From NCBI GenBank assembly GCA_965208655.1, contig CBDBPJ010000003.1, positions 551,790 to 615,789 on the forward strand: a stretch of 64,000 nt of DNA, read 5' to 3'. This document shows, in pieces, positions 29,208-38,764 of this stretch. Source of the stretch: Gammaproteobacteria bacterium. GTDB taxonomy: Bacteria; Pseudomonadota; Gammaproteobacteria; Eutrophobiales; Eutrophobiaceae. Every line of letters begins with the position of its first letter. The stretch's first letter is position 1. Under the pieces are notes generated by a model, which searched no databases, had not been told where the DNA came from, and saw only the letters and a list, made by a program, of their open reading frames with translations. Position numbers and translations under genes: made by a program.

Positions 29208-30839
29208 TTATTCCGGATCAACACATGCAAAGTTCTCATGCGCATCGATACTGCCGGTCCCGCGGTACCTGGAAACCCGGGGCCAGGCGCATAACGGCCG
29301 TGTCCTGGTCACTTTGCCCTGTTCTACCCGGTGGCCGGTAAGGTCCCGCGGTATGACATCGCCTTCCACCCAGTTGATCAGCGGCGTCATCAAATCGAAC
29401 CGGTCCACGTTCACCCCGCCGTTGCAGTGGTGCATGCCGGGGACCAGGTAAAGTTGCAGAAACCCGGAAATTTCATCGCCCAGCAGTGCGGCTACTTCAT
29501 GGTAATACTCGACGGTGCGCAGGGGGTTGATGCCGAAATCAGCCCAGCCGTGGTAGATGATCATTTTTCCGCCACGCCGCTGGAAGGGCCTGAGATCGGG
29601 GTCTGTTGCATTGAAAATCAGCCCTGATTGCAGCGTGCGCGGGTAGTCCCGTTCCGGATCCAGTTCCCGCCAGTCCCGGTTGGCGTCATCCGTTTCGAAA
29701 GCGAGGTACTGGAACCAGGACTTGACGATAAACGACTGCCCCAGTCCGCCTTTACTGTCGGGGACTGCGCGCCCGTCCCACGCCGATTGCGGCGCAACGG
29801 GCGTATAGGTGCCGTCGGCATAGGCGAGCCCCGGAAACTCGCCGCCGATGACGGTGCGGGGATAGATTGCCGTCTTGCCGATAAAGGTGGGCCCGTAGAT
29901 GACTGCCAGGGTGTTGATTTCAGCATCCGTGAAACCCTGCTGCGTTCCCTGCATACGGGGCAAATCCCGTTGCGGGTCGAAATCCACGGCAGGCGGGTTC
30001 CCGATAACGCCGTCTCTTACCCCGTCAGCTTCATCGTAGCGTTTGAGGATAATATCCCCCAGCAGTTCAAGCTTTTCCCGGGACAGGGGAGCGTCGGCAA
30101 CCGCCTGCTGGATATTCCGGTATTGCCAGATCATCTCCCTGAGGCTGAACACAGGCGCGCCGGCAAGGATACCGTCGAAATCGGCCGGGAAACGTTGCGC
30201 CTCGTTAAACCCCTGCAAACCGCCGGTCGAGCAGCCGTCAAAATAAGAATACCCCGGCGCCTTCCCGTAGTATGCCGCGGCAAGGTTTTTAGCCGTCAGC
30301 GCAGTCAAATGCACCGCACGGAACCCGAAATCGATCTCTTTCTGCAGGTTATTGTGCGCCCAGGTACCGCCTCGCTCCGTGGCCGCGTCGTGGCCGGTGT
30401 TGGTAAACGCCGCGGCAAATCCATGCCGCGCCGCCTTCAGCCGCGCCATGTGGCCGGCCTCATCATCCAGCGCTTCCCCTGCATAACCCCCGTTGCCGTG
30501 CATGTACAGACGTCCGTTCCAACGGGTGGGCAGGTAGACGATGTAGCGGACTTCGGGGCTGATCACCCCCCGCACCACGCACAGATCCGGCATGCCGGCT
30601 GCTGCCGTTGCCAGGGTGGCGGATAATACGCTGTTGTCCGCGTCGGAAACATGGATGAGGTCTGCGCAGCCTATACGGGGTTGCGTTACTTCGGGTGCGG
30701 TGTAATCGATACGGGATTGTTCCGCATCAAGAAAGCTTGAACCGTTCGCGGTCGGGGTCGCCGGCGCACCAGGCGTGAAAAAAACCACTGCAAGCGCCGC
30801 CGCGACGGACCGGATGGTAAGCTTGCAGGGAAATCTCAT
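29208..30839 (-). CDS. Secreted tannase/feruloyl-esterase-family hydrolase (paralog 1)
   Basis: Start placed at internal ATG MRFPCKL with signal peptide; GCSTGG catalytic-serine motif; C-terminal Cys-rich lid region. Confidence 0.8.
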   Translation of the reverse strand: MRFPCKLTIRSVAAALAVVFFTPGAPATPTANGSSFLDAEQSRIDYTAPEVTQPRIGCADLIHVSDADNSVLSATLATAAAGMPDLCVVRGVISPEVRYIVYLPTRWNGRLYMHGNGGYAGEALDDEAGHMARLKAARHGFAAAFTNTGHDAATERGGTWAHNNLQKEIDFGFRAVHLTALTAKNLAAAYYGKAPGYSYFDGCSTGGLQGFNEAQRFPADFDGILAGAPVFSLREMIWQYRNIQQAVADAPLSREKLELLGDIILKRYDEADGVRDGVIGNPPAVDFDPQRDLPRMQGTQQGFTDAEINTLAVIYGPTFIGKTAIYPRTVIGGEFPGLAYADGTYTPVAPQSAWDGRAVPDSKGGLGQSFIVKSWFQYLAFETDDANRDWRELDPERDYPRTLQSGLIFNATDPDLRPFQRRGGKMIIYHGWADFGINPLRTVEYYHEVAALLGDEISGFLQLYLVPGMHHCNGGVNVDRFDLMTPLINWVEGDVIPRDLTGHRVEQGKVTRTRPLCAWPRVSRYRGTGSIDAHENFACVDPE

Positions 30840-31047
30840 GGCTAATATCTTAAGCTTTGGGATTCCCGCTTTCAACTCTGCCCGGTACGGCCGCAACGCT
30901 TCCGGCAGGGCGCCAGGTTTATTTGATATGTAAAAAACAGGTATTATGGCCAAATCAACGTATGCCGGAAACGGGATCAGCATTCAGTTCTGTTCCACCG
31001 GAACCTTTCCGGAATACTGTGCAGTTTAATACAAACCAGGGTATCTC

Positions 31048-33129
31048 ATGTCGAGTGAAGGAATAAGAATCGGTATTGACACCGGGGGCACTTTTACCGA
31101 TTTTGCCTTGTCAAGGGACGCTGTTTTCCACACCACCAAGATACTGACCACCCACCAGGCGCCGGAACTGGCGATCATGCAGGGACTGGATGACCTGATG
31201 AAGGCTACAGGTTGCCGCCCTGGCGATGCGGAATTGATCATCCATGGCACCACGCTGGCCACCAATGCCGTCATCGAGCACAAGGGCGCCAGGGTGGCCA
31301 TGCTTACAACGGAGGGGTTCCGGGACGTTCTGGAACTGGGTTCGGAAAGCCGGTTTGATCAATATGATCTCGGCCTGACCAAGCCCGCCCCCCTGGTGCC
31401 GAGGCAACTGCGGTTTACCATTTCCGAACGCCTGGCGGCAGACGGCAGCGAATTGCTGCCGCTTGACCTTGCAGCCATCGAACAGGTTGCCGAAGAGTTA
31501 AAAAGACACGAAATAGACAGTGTCGCGGTTTGCTTCTTGCACAGCTTTATCAACCCCGAACATGAAGAACGGGCCGCGCAGGCGTTGCGCAAACACTTGC
31601 CGGGTATCTATCTCAGCCTGTCATCCCGGGTGGCGCCGGAGATCAGGGAGTACGAACGCTTCTCCACGACGGTCGCCAATGCCTATATCCAGCCGTTGAT
31701 AGATTCCTACCTCAAGCGCCTGCAGGAGGGCTTGAAACAGGCAGGATTTGGTTGTCCGCTTTACATGTTCGTATCCAACGGCGGACTGGTTGAAGTGGAC
31801 GTGGCCAGGCAGTTCCCGATCCGGCTGGTTGAATCCGGGCCGGCCGGCGGCGCCGTCTTTGCGAGCCATGTCGCCCGTATCCACCAGGAGGATCGCATAT
31901 TGTCGTTCGATATGGGCGGCACTACTGCGAAAATCTGCCTGGTCGACAATGCGGAACCGCAGAAGGCGACCCTGTTCGAGATGGCGCGGGCGCATCGCTT
32001 TAAACAGGGCAGCGGCCTGCCGGCCAGGATACCGGTGATCGAGATGGTCGAGATCGGCGCCGGTGGCGGGTCCATTGCCCGGGTCGACAGTCTTGGCCGT
32101 ATAACAACAGGTCCCGACAGCGCCGGTTCTGAACCGGGACCGGCCTGTTATGACCTTGATGGCGATGAGGCAACGGTAACCGATGCCGATCTCATCCTGG
32201 GGCGGCTGGAGGCGGAGGGATTCGCCGACGGTTCCATGCGACTCAACAGCGAGGCTGCCAGGCAGGCAGTCCGGGAGAAGCTTGCCGGGCCGCTGCACAT
32301 GGATATTCCGCTGGCCGCCTACGGTGTGGCTGAGATCGTGGAAGAAGATATGGCCAACGCAGCGCGTGAGCATGCAACGGAAAGCGGAAAATCGCTGACC
32401 GGGCGAACCCTGGTTGCCTTCGGCGGCGCGGCGCCGTTACACGCGCTTTCCCTTGCAGGCAAGCTCGGGATCAAGCGGGTAATCGTTCCGGCCCATGCAG
32501 GAGTGGGTTCGGCGATAGGGTTCTTACTGGCGCCCGTTGCTTATGAACTTGCCCGCAGTTGTCACGTCAGGCTGACTGATTTCAAGCCTGGAGTATTGAA
32601 CAAGCTGTTTAAGGAAATGAGTGAATACGCACACGGAATAGTCGCATCAGGCGCTCCCGGGCGGGGACGTACGGAAATCCGGCAGGCACAAATGCGCTAT
32701 ATCGGGCAGGGCTATAGTATTCCTGTCGATGTGCCGGTCGGGAAGTTGCTCAAAACTGACACACAGTCACTGCAAACGGCTTTCGACAAGGCCTATATCA
32801 ACCTCTACAGCAAGCTGCATGACGGGGTTGACGTGGAAATTGTCGGTGTCAGTGTTTCCGTTTCCGCCCATCTTGTTTTCGCAGAGCCTGCAGAAACTGC
32901 CGTGACTGCCGCCGGCATTCCGCCTGAAATCGATCATGGCGCCACCATGTTCGATGCACAGGCCGGCGCTTACGCGGACGTAAACGTGTATTCACGTCAT
33001 GCCCTGCAACCGGGGAATTACATACCGGGGCCAACCCTGGTGCGCGACAAGGGCACAACTGTCATGGTGCCGCAGGGTCACGGTGTCACGGTGGCCGGGG
33101 ACGATAGTTTGATCATCGAAAGGGAATAA
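31048..33129 (+). CDS. Hydantoinase A/oxoprolinase-family subunit (HyuA-like)
   Basis: IGIDTGGTFTDF N-terminal signature; 693 aa. Confidence 0.9.
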   Translation: MSSEGIRIGIDTGGTFTDFALSRDAVFHTTKILTTHQAPELAIMQGLDDLMKATGCRPGDAELIIHGTTLATNAVIEHKGARVAMLTTEGFRDVLELGSESRFDQYDLGLTKPAPLVPRQLRFTISERLAADGSELLPLDLAAIEQVAEELKRHEIDSVAVCFLHSFINPEHEERAAQALRKHLPGIYLSLSSRVAPEIREYERFSTTVANAYIQPLIDSYLKRLQEGLKQAGFGCPLYMFVSNGGLVEVDVARQFPIRLVESGPAGGAVFASHVARIHQEDRILSFDMGGTTAKICLVDNAEPQKATLFEMARAHRFKQGSGLPARIPVIEMVEIGAGGGSIARVDSLGRITTGPDSAGSEPGPACYDLDGDEATVTDADLILGRLEAEGFADGSMRLNSEAARQAVREKLAGPLHMDIPLAAYGVAEIVEEDMANAAREHATESGKSLTGRTLVAFGGAAPLHALSLAGKLGIKRVIVPAHAGVGSAIGFLLAPVAYELARSCHVRLTDFKPGVLNKLFKEMSEYAHGIVASGAPGRGRTEIRQAQMRYIGQGYSIPVDVPVGKLLKTDTQSLQTAFDKAYINLYSKLHDGVDVEIVGVSVSVSAHLVFAEPAETAVTAAGIPPEIDHGATMFDAQAGAYADVNVYSRHALQPGNYIPGPTLVRDKGTTVMVPQGHGVTVAGDDSLIIERE

Positions 33130-33137
33130 CCGTCATT

Positions 33138-34796
33138 ATGATTAATAATAACTTTAAGTTATCATTGCAACATATTGAATTTCAAGTGATATGGCGTCGC
33201 TTAATCTCTATTGTGGAAGACCAGGCCAGGACCTTGATGAAGACCGCGTTCAGCCCCGTGGTACGGGAATCCGGCGACCTGTCCGCAGCCGTGTTCGACC
33301 CGCAGGGGCGCATGCTGGCCCAGGCCATTACCGGCACACCCGGGCACGTCAATTCAACCGCTGCCGCGGTACCGCATTTCCTCAGGGAATACCCGCCGGC
33401 GGAACTAAAACCCGGCGATCACCTGATTACCAATGACCCGTGGATTGCGTCGGGGCACCTGCACGACGTCACGGTCGTGTCCCCGGTATTTCTTGCAGAC
33501 AGGTTAATCGCGCTGTTTGCCTGCACCTGCCACCAACTGGATATCGGTGGCTTGGGGCAGGGGCCTGACGGCAAGTCGGTATATGAAGAGGGACTGTATA
33601 TTCCCGTTATGAAACTGGTTGACCGGGGTGAGGTAAACCAGGATTTACTCAGGATAATTGAGGGTAACGTACGCACACCCTACGAAGTGCGGGGCGATAT
33701 CCTGTCCTATGTTGCTGCAAACGAGACCAGCGGCGTGAAACTGCTGGATATGATGCGGGAATACGGACTGGATAATCTCGATTATACCGGGAACGAGATT
33801 ATCGAACGCTCGCGCCAGGGGATGCTGGAAGAAATCCGCAAGCTGCCGGCAGGGACTACCCACAACAGCATCACCCTGGACGGGTATGACAAGCCGGTTG
33901 AAATTGTCTGTGCGCTGACCGTTGCTGATGACGAGATAAGGATCGACTTTACCGGCAGCACCGAGGCAAGCACCAAGGGTATCAACCTGGTCCTGAATTA
34001 CACCCAGGCCTATGCCAACTACGGTATACGCTGTGTGGTGGGCGCCCACATCCCCAACAATACCGGCTCGTTATCGCCGATAAAAATAAGCGCACCGGAG
34101 GGTTCTATCCTGAATGTCCAGCGACCCTGGCCGGTCTGTGCCAGGCATATTATCGGGCAATTCCTGCCGGACGCGGTAATGGGTTGCCTGGCGCAACTAC
34201 TTCCAGAGAAAGTCCCGGCGGAAGGCGCGTCATCCCTGTGGGGCGTTCAAATCCGCGGCGGGCCGGAGGTGGACGCCTCGTGCAATTATGACAACTCGAA
34301 TGCGGACGGGAGGCGTTACGAAATGCTGATTTTTAACAGTGGCGGAACCGGCGCCAGGCCCGACCAGGACGGCATGTCGGCCACGGGGTTTCCCAGCGGG
34401 GTGCGCGCCATGCCTGTTGAGGTTGTGGAAAACATGGGTCCCGTGGTGATCTGGCGCAAGGAACTGCTGGCCGATTCCTGCGGCGCCGGCGAATGGCGCG
34501 GCGGCCTGGGACAGGTCGTGGAAGTGGGGACCATCGATGAGAGTCCGTTCCTGCTGTTCGCCATGTTTGACAGGACTGCGAATCCGGCCCGCGGCCGCAT
34601 GGGCGGCGAACACGGCAAGGTCGGAACAGTCCGGGTAAAGCACGGCAAAACCCTGAATCCGAAAGGCGTACAACTCATAGAACCCGGACAGCGACTGGAG
34701 CTGCTGCTCCCGGGGGGAGGCGGCTTCGGAGACAAGGGGCAGCGCAGCGCTGCACACCTGGAACAGGATAAGCTGGCCAGCCTCGTCAGCGATTAA
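33138..34796 (+). CDS. Hydantoinase B/oxoprolinase-family subunit (HyuB-like)
   Basis: ITNDPW...GHLHD and GGGGFGD motifs; 552 aa; 8-nt gap to hyuA. Confidence 0.85.
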   Translation: MINNNFKLSLQHIEFQVIWRRLISIVEDQARTLMKTAFSPVVRESGDLSAAVFDPQGRMLAQAITGTPGHVNSTAAAVPHFLREYPPAELKPGDHLITNDPWIASGHLHDVTVVSPVFLADRLIALFACTCHQLDIGGLGQGPDGKSVYEEGLYIPVMKLVDRGEVNQDLLRIIEGNVRTPYEVRGDILSYVAANETSGVKLLDMMREYGLDNLDYTGNEIIERSRQGMLEEIRKLPAGTTHNSITLDGYDKPVEIVCALTVADDEIRIDFTGSTEASTKGINLVLNYTQAYANYGIRCVVGAHIPNNTGSLSPIKISAPEGSILNVQRPWPVCARHIIGQFLPDAVMGCLAQLLPEKVPAEGASSLWGVQIRGGPEVDASCNYDNSNADGRRYEMLIFNSGGTGARPDQDGMSATGFPSGVRAMPVEVVENMGPVVIWRKELLADSCGAGEWRGGLGQVVEVGTIDESPFLLFAMFDRTANPARGRMGGEHGKVGTVRVKHGKTLNPKGVQLIEPGQRLELLLPGGGGFGDKGQRSAAHLEQDKLASLVSD

Positions 34797-34803
34797 ATCT
34801 CGG

Positions 34804-34854
34804 ATATTTGGGGTCAGAGCAAGAGCTCTGACCCCTTGCTCTGACCCCAAATAT
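34804..34854. repeat. 51-bp palindromic MITE/REP-like element (unit GGGGTCAGAGCAAG), copy 1
   Basis: 20-bp perfect arms atatttggggtcagagcaag / cttgctctgaccccaaatat; lies between the stops of convergent hyuB genes; related 90-bp copy at 56929-57018. Confidence 0.6.
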
Positions 34855-34874
34855 TCAAATATCTTTCATCAACG

Positions 34875-36548
34875 CTACTCCTCGGGTATCTCGACGCCGT
34901 AATCCTGTTTTGCCCCCGTTGACGTGATAAAGCCTCTTCGATAGTCTTCGCGGACTTTTTCACCGGGGCGTTTTCCGGGGTCGCCGAAGCCCCCGCCGCC
35001 GGCTTCCCGGATGGTAAGAAGGCCCCCTGCAGGTAACGTATGCGTGCCTTTGCCCGGGACGGGTTCGTTATTGATCCTGAAGGCGCGCAATCCGCCGTCC
35101 CTGCCGCCCGCATAGCCTTTGGCGGGGTATTCCGTGCGTATTCCAAACAGGGCAAGCGATATTTGATGGCCCGTGTTGTTTTTCAGCACGACCTGTTGCC
35201 CCGGACCCCCGCGGTATTGGCCTGCCCCGCCTGAATCGGGGAGTATGCGCCGCTCCAGCACGGCAATTTCCGTTTCGTCTTCCCAGATTTCGCTGGATAT
35301 CATTGCGCAGTTTGTCGGCGCGGGCGTGGTTTGCCGGCCGTCCAGTCCGGTCATGGCGCCGATCCCGCCGGTGGCGAAATACTGGTCGAGCAGCCTGTCT
35401 CCATTCCGCAGCGTGCCGTTGAACACGACCGCCGTCGCCATCCCCGGTTCGGCCTGGACGGCTTCAGGCAGTGCCCTGGCAAAGGCGCCCATCAGCAGCG
35501 GCACGACATACCAGCCTACCGTATTGCGTCCCAGGGTGGCTGCCGGGTGTTGAGCATTCAGGATACAGCCTTCCGGGGCCGTCACGTCCAGGGGCAAGAC
35601 GTTGGCAAGGTTGTTTGGCAGGTCCGGTGTTGTCAGGCATTTCAGGGTGTATGCGCACCAGGAACGGGTATAGCAGAGCGGGACGTTTATTGCGTAGGGC
35701 ACGCAGGGACTGGTGCCGGCAAAATCGATTTTCACGCGGCCGCTTTTTATCTCCAGGGTGCAGGCCAGGGTAACGGGTTGTTCGCCCTGTGTTTCAGCTT
35801 CCAGTTGATTGTTGTAGACACCATCCGGCATGGCGAGGATCTTTTCCCTGACAGCCGTATCCGACTGCCTGATGATGCCGTCGGCAATAGCCTGTAAATC
35901 TTCCCGTTCATACTGGTCCAGCATCTCGTTCAGTTTTACGCCGCCGGCATAAGTACCTGAAATATTGGCCATAATGTCTCCGGCCACCTGCTCCGGCGCG
36001 CGCACGTTGCCTTTTATGATATCCAGCAATTCTTCATTCAACTGCCCTTGCCGGTAGATCTTCAGTGGTGGGATTAGCAAGCCCTCTTCGTAAATATCCC
36101 TGCTCGATATGGATGCGCCCCTGCCGCCGGTATCGACGAGGTGGCTAATGGTCATGACGAAACCAATAAGATCGCCATTGCGGAATACGGGCCTCAATAC
36201 GCTGACATCCGCAATATGGCCGGTGCCTATCCACGGGTCATTGGTAATGATGACGTCACCGTCTTCCAGGCTGTGCGCGGGATAGCTTTCCAGCAGTTTT
36301 TCGATGGTATAAAAGGCGGTGCCGGTAAAAGCAGGTGTACTTTGCGAACCCTGGGCAATGGGGCGTCCCGAGCGGTCGAATATGACGGCGCCTGCGTCCC
36401 ATGCCTCCCTCACGGTCATGGAAAAAGAGGTATGGACCAGTGCCAGGAGTATTTCATCTGCAATGGAGATGAGACGGTCCCAGAGGATCCCCAGGGTGAT
36501 GATATCCAGCGAGTTATTGTTCATGGCGCTCTGAAACCGGCGAGGCAA
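34875..36548 (-). CDS. Hydantoinase B/oxoprolinase-family subunit (HyuB-like)
   Basis: ITNDPWIGTGHIAD and GGGGFGDP motifs; start may be the internal MNNNSLD at 36524. Confidence 0.85.
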   Translation of the reverse strand: MPRRFQSAMNNNSLDIITLGILWDRLISIADEILLALVHTSFSMTVREAWDAGAVIFDRSGRPIAQGSQSTPAFTGTAFYTIEKLLESYPAHSLEDGDVIITNDPWIGTGHIADVSVLRPVFRNGDLIGFVMTISHLVDTGGRGASISSRDIYEEGLLIPPLKIYRQGQLNEELLDIIKGNVRAPEQVAGDIMANISGTYAGGVKLNEMLDQYEREDLQAIADGIIRQSDTAVREKILAMPDGVYNNQLEAETQGEQPVTLACTLEIKSGRVKIDFAGTSPCVPYAINVPLCYTRSWCAYTLKCLTTPDLPNNLANVLPLDVTAPEGCILNAQHPAATLGRNTVGWYVVPLLMGAFARALPEAVQAEPGMATAVVFNGTLRNGDRLLDQYFATGGIGAMTGLDGRQTTPAPTNCAMISSEIWEDETEIAVLERRILPDSGGAGQYRGGPGQQVVLKNNTGHQISLALFGIRTEYPAKGYAGGRDGGLRAFRINNEPVPGKGTHTLPAGGLLTIREAGGGGFGDPGKRPGEKVREDYRRGFITSTGAKQDYGVEIPEE

Positions 36549-38625
36549 CGAGGTTCAGCCTGTCATCTGTTTCGACAGAGTCACCCTCATGAATGACGGC
36601 TGTGCACTCATCGTCTTCAATCAACATGGGCCCGGTAAATTTCTCTCCCTGCCGCAAGGCATAACGGTTAACTACCGGCCACTCAACAAAGCGGTCATCC
36701 TTGTGTGAATAGACGTTGCGGACACCGGTCGACGCGTCGCCGTTGCTGTGACCGGCAGATTTACAGCCGTCAACCGGCAATGTGCCGGCGACAGTGACCT
36801 CCGCCTTCCAGTTGATGATTTCCATATCCCTGTCGGGAAAACGGGTGAAGAAATGTTTTTCATAAGCATCATGAAACAGATCCGGCAGCGCGGCATAAAG
36901 GCTTTTCATGTCGGCGCCGGAGGGCAGGCTGACTTCCAGTTCAAAACCCTGTCCCAGGTAGCGCATGTCCAGTCGCCTGGCGGTTTCAGGCTTACCGGCA
37001 GCCGCTTCTTCATGGGAGATACTCCGCAGGATGCTGTTTTCCAGTTCAGTGAAGCGCTTGATGAAACCTTCCGGGGAAAGCCCGCTTAACGCGGTCCGGT
37101 ATGATTGCATGGAGGCAAATGACACAGGCGCGCTCAGCAAGCCGACCGCTGATGCCACGCCGGAGGCGAAAGGGATGATCACCTGCGCCATTCCCAGTTT
37201 CCCTGCGATTGCCATGGCATGGGCCGGCGCTGCCCCGCCGCATGCGACCAGCCGGCACTTTCGATAGTCGATGCCGCGTTCTGCCGAATAATTTTTTATT
37301 GCCGCCGATACTTTTTCGTTGACGGTCTCGTAAATACCCCAGGCAGTGCGGGGTACTGTTGCGCCGAGCCTCCCGGTCAACTTGCCGGCAATCACCTGTT
37401 CGGCAAGTCTGGATGACGATTTCAGTTCGCCGCCCGGGAATGTATCCGTGCCGTAATAGCCCAGCAACAGGTTTGCATCGGCAGGGGTGGGCTGTTCTCC
37501 TCCAAGCCCGAAACAGGCGGGTCCCGGTTTCGCCCCCATGCTCTCCGGCCCGACCTTGATGACGCCGCGCTCATCGATGGCGGCGATGCTGCCTCCACCG
37601 GCGGCAATCTCGGCCAGGTCCAGTACCGGGGTGGAGACGGGCAGGCCGCTGCCTGATTTGTTCCGGTAGACAAGGCCGACCTCCGTGTCGTAGCGTTTCT
37701 GCGCCTTGCCGCCGCTGATAATGCCCAGTTTGGCTGTCGTGCCTCCCATGTCAAGCATGAGCAGGTCGGAACCGGCAGTGGTTTTATCCAACTGGCCGCA
37801 CCTCAGGGCAGCCGCGGCCGAACCGGATGCGAGCATGCGTACCGGGTATTGACGGGCAGTGTCCATAGTCACTACGCCGCCATCTGAACCGAGCAGGTGC
37901 AGCGTACCGGCGAATCCGTTATTTTTTAACCAGGCATCAAGTTCCGACAGGTAAGTCCTGAATATGGATTGGGAATACGCGTTTACCACTGCTGTGGTCC
38001 AGCGCTCATACTCCCTGATGGCAGGAAGTACGTCAGCGGACGTTGAGACGGACATACCGGGAAATTCACGGGCTATGACTTCGCCTGCCCGGCGTTCATG
38101 GACGGGGTTGCGGTAGGAATTGATGAAACACACGGCAACGGAGGTAATCCGGTGCCTGCCGGTTAATTCCCGAACCGCTTGCAGGACCGCCTGTTCCGGC
38201 AGGTCAGTTTCTATTTCGCCCGTGCTGTTGATCCGTTCATCGATCTCCCTGCGCAGCGGCAGGGGGACCAGGGGTTCAGGGTACTCAATGCGCAGGTCGT
38301 ACAGGTCGTAGCGCTGCTCCCTGCCGATATCGAGCGCTGAAATGAAACCTTTTGTGCATAACATGCCGGTGGCGTCTCCCTTGCGCTCCAGCACGGCATT
38401 GGCAACCATCGTCGTTGCATGGGTAATACGGGATACGGCGGCCAGTTGCACACCGGCTTTTGACAGCAGGACCCCCAGGCCCTCACGGACCGCCTGCAGG
38501 GGATCGTCCGGGGTGCTCAGCTGTTTATGCACATACAGGTGCTTGAATTCCCGGTTGGTTAAGGAGAAATCGGTGAACGTACCGCCGATATCAATACCGA
38601 GCTGAAACTGTCCGGTCTGGTTCAT
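36514..38625 (-). CDS. Hydantoinase A/oxoprolinase-family subunit (HyuA-like)
   Basis: LGIDIGGTFTDF signature; 703 aa. Confidence 0.9.
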   Translation of the reverse strand: MNQTGQFQLGIDIGGTFTDFSLTNREFKHLYVHKQLSTPDDPLQAVREGLGVLLSKAGVQLAAVSRITHATTMVANAVLERKGDATGMLCTKGFISALDIGREQRYDLYDLRIEYPEPLVPLPLRREIDERINSTGEIETDLPEQAVLQAVRELTGRHRITSVAVCFINSYRNPVHERRAGEVIAREFPGMSVSTSADVLPAIREYERWTTAVVNAYSQSIFRTYLSELDAWLKNNGFAGTLHLLGSDGGVVTMDTARQYPVRMLASGSAAAALRCGQLDKTTAGSDLLMLDMGGTTAKLGIISGGKAQKRYDTEVGLVYRNKSGSGLPVSTPVLDLAEIAAGGGSIAAIDERGVIKVGPESMGAKPGPACFGLGGEQPTPADANLLLGYYGTDTFPGGELKSSSRLAEQVIAGKLTGRLGATVPRTAWGIYETVNEKVSAAIKNYSAERGIDYRKCRLVACGGAAPAHAMAIAGKLGMAQVIIPFASGVASAVGLLSAPVSFASMQSYRTALSGLSPEGFIKRFTELENSILRSISHEEAAAGKPETARRLDMRYLGQGFELEVSLPSGADMKSLYAALPDLFHDAYEKHFFTRFPDRDMEIINWKAEVTVAGTLPVDGCKSAGHSNGDASTGVRNVYSHKDDRFVEWPVVNRYALRQGEKFTGPMLIEDDECTAVIHEGDSVETDDRLNLVASPVSERHEQ

Positions 38626-38727
38626 CGGGTAATAATGTCAGTCGCAGTATTTGTTTATCACTGAAGGGATTATACGGAATCCGGACCTGGGATTCCCGGC
38701 ATCCAGTATTTCACGGGGCTGTTATTA

Positions 38728-38757
38728 TGTATACTGTACACAGATAATCCTTAGCCG
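38728..38757 (+). promoter_or_regulatory. Candidate extended -10 promoter (TGTATACT) for the TPP-enzyme gene
   Basis: tatgtatactgtacac about 30 nt upstream of the ATG at 38765; the same 11-mer tgtatactgta recurs at 43447-43457 upstream of the TRAP SBP gene. Confidence 0.3.
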
Positions 38758-38764
38758 GCATGTT

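Noticed and set aside
31048-38625. Recent inverted duplication of a hyuAB operon
   Set aside because: The paralogous proteins are clearly diverged by eye (~40% identity). The symmetry is organisational and not a recent duplication.
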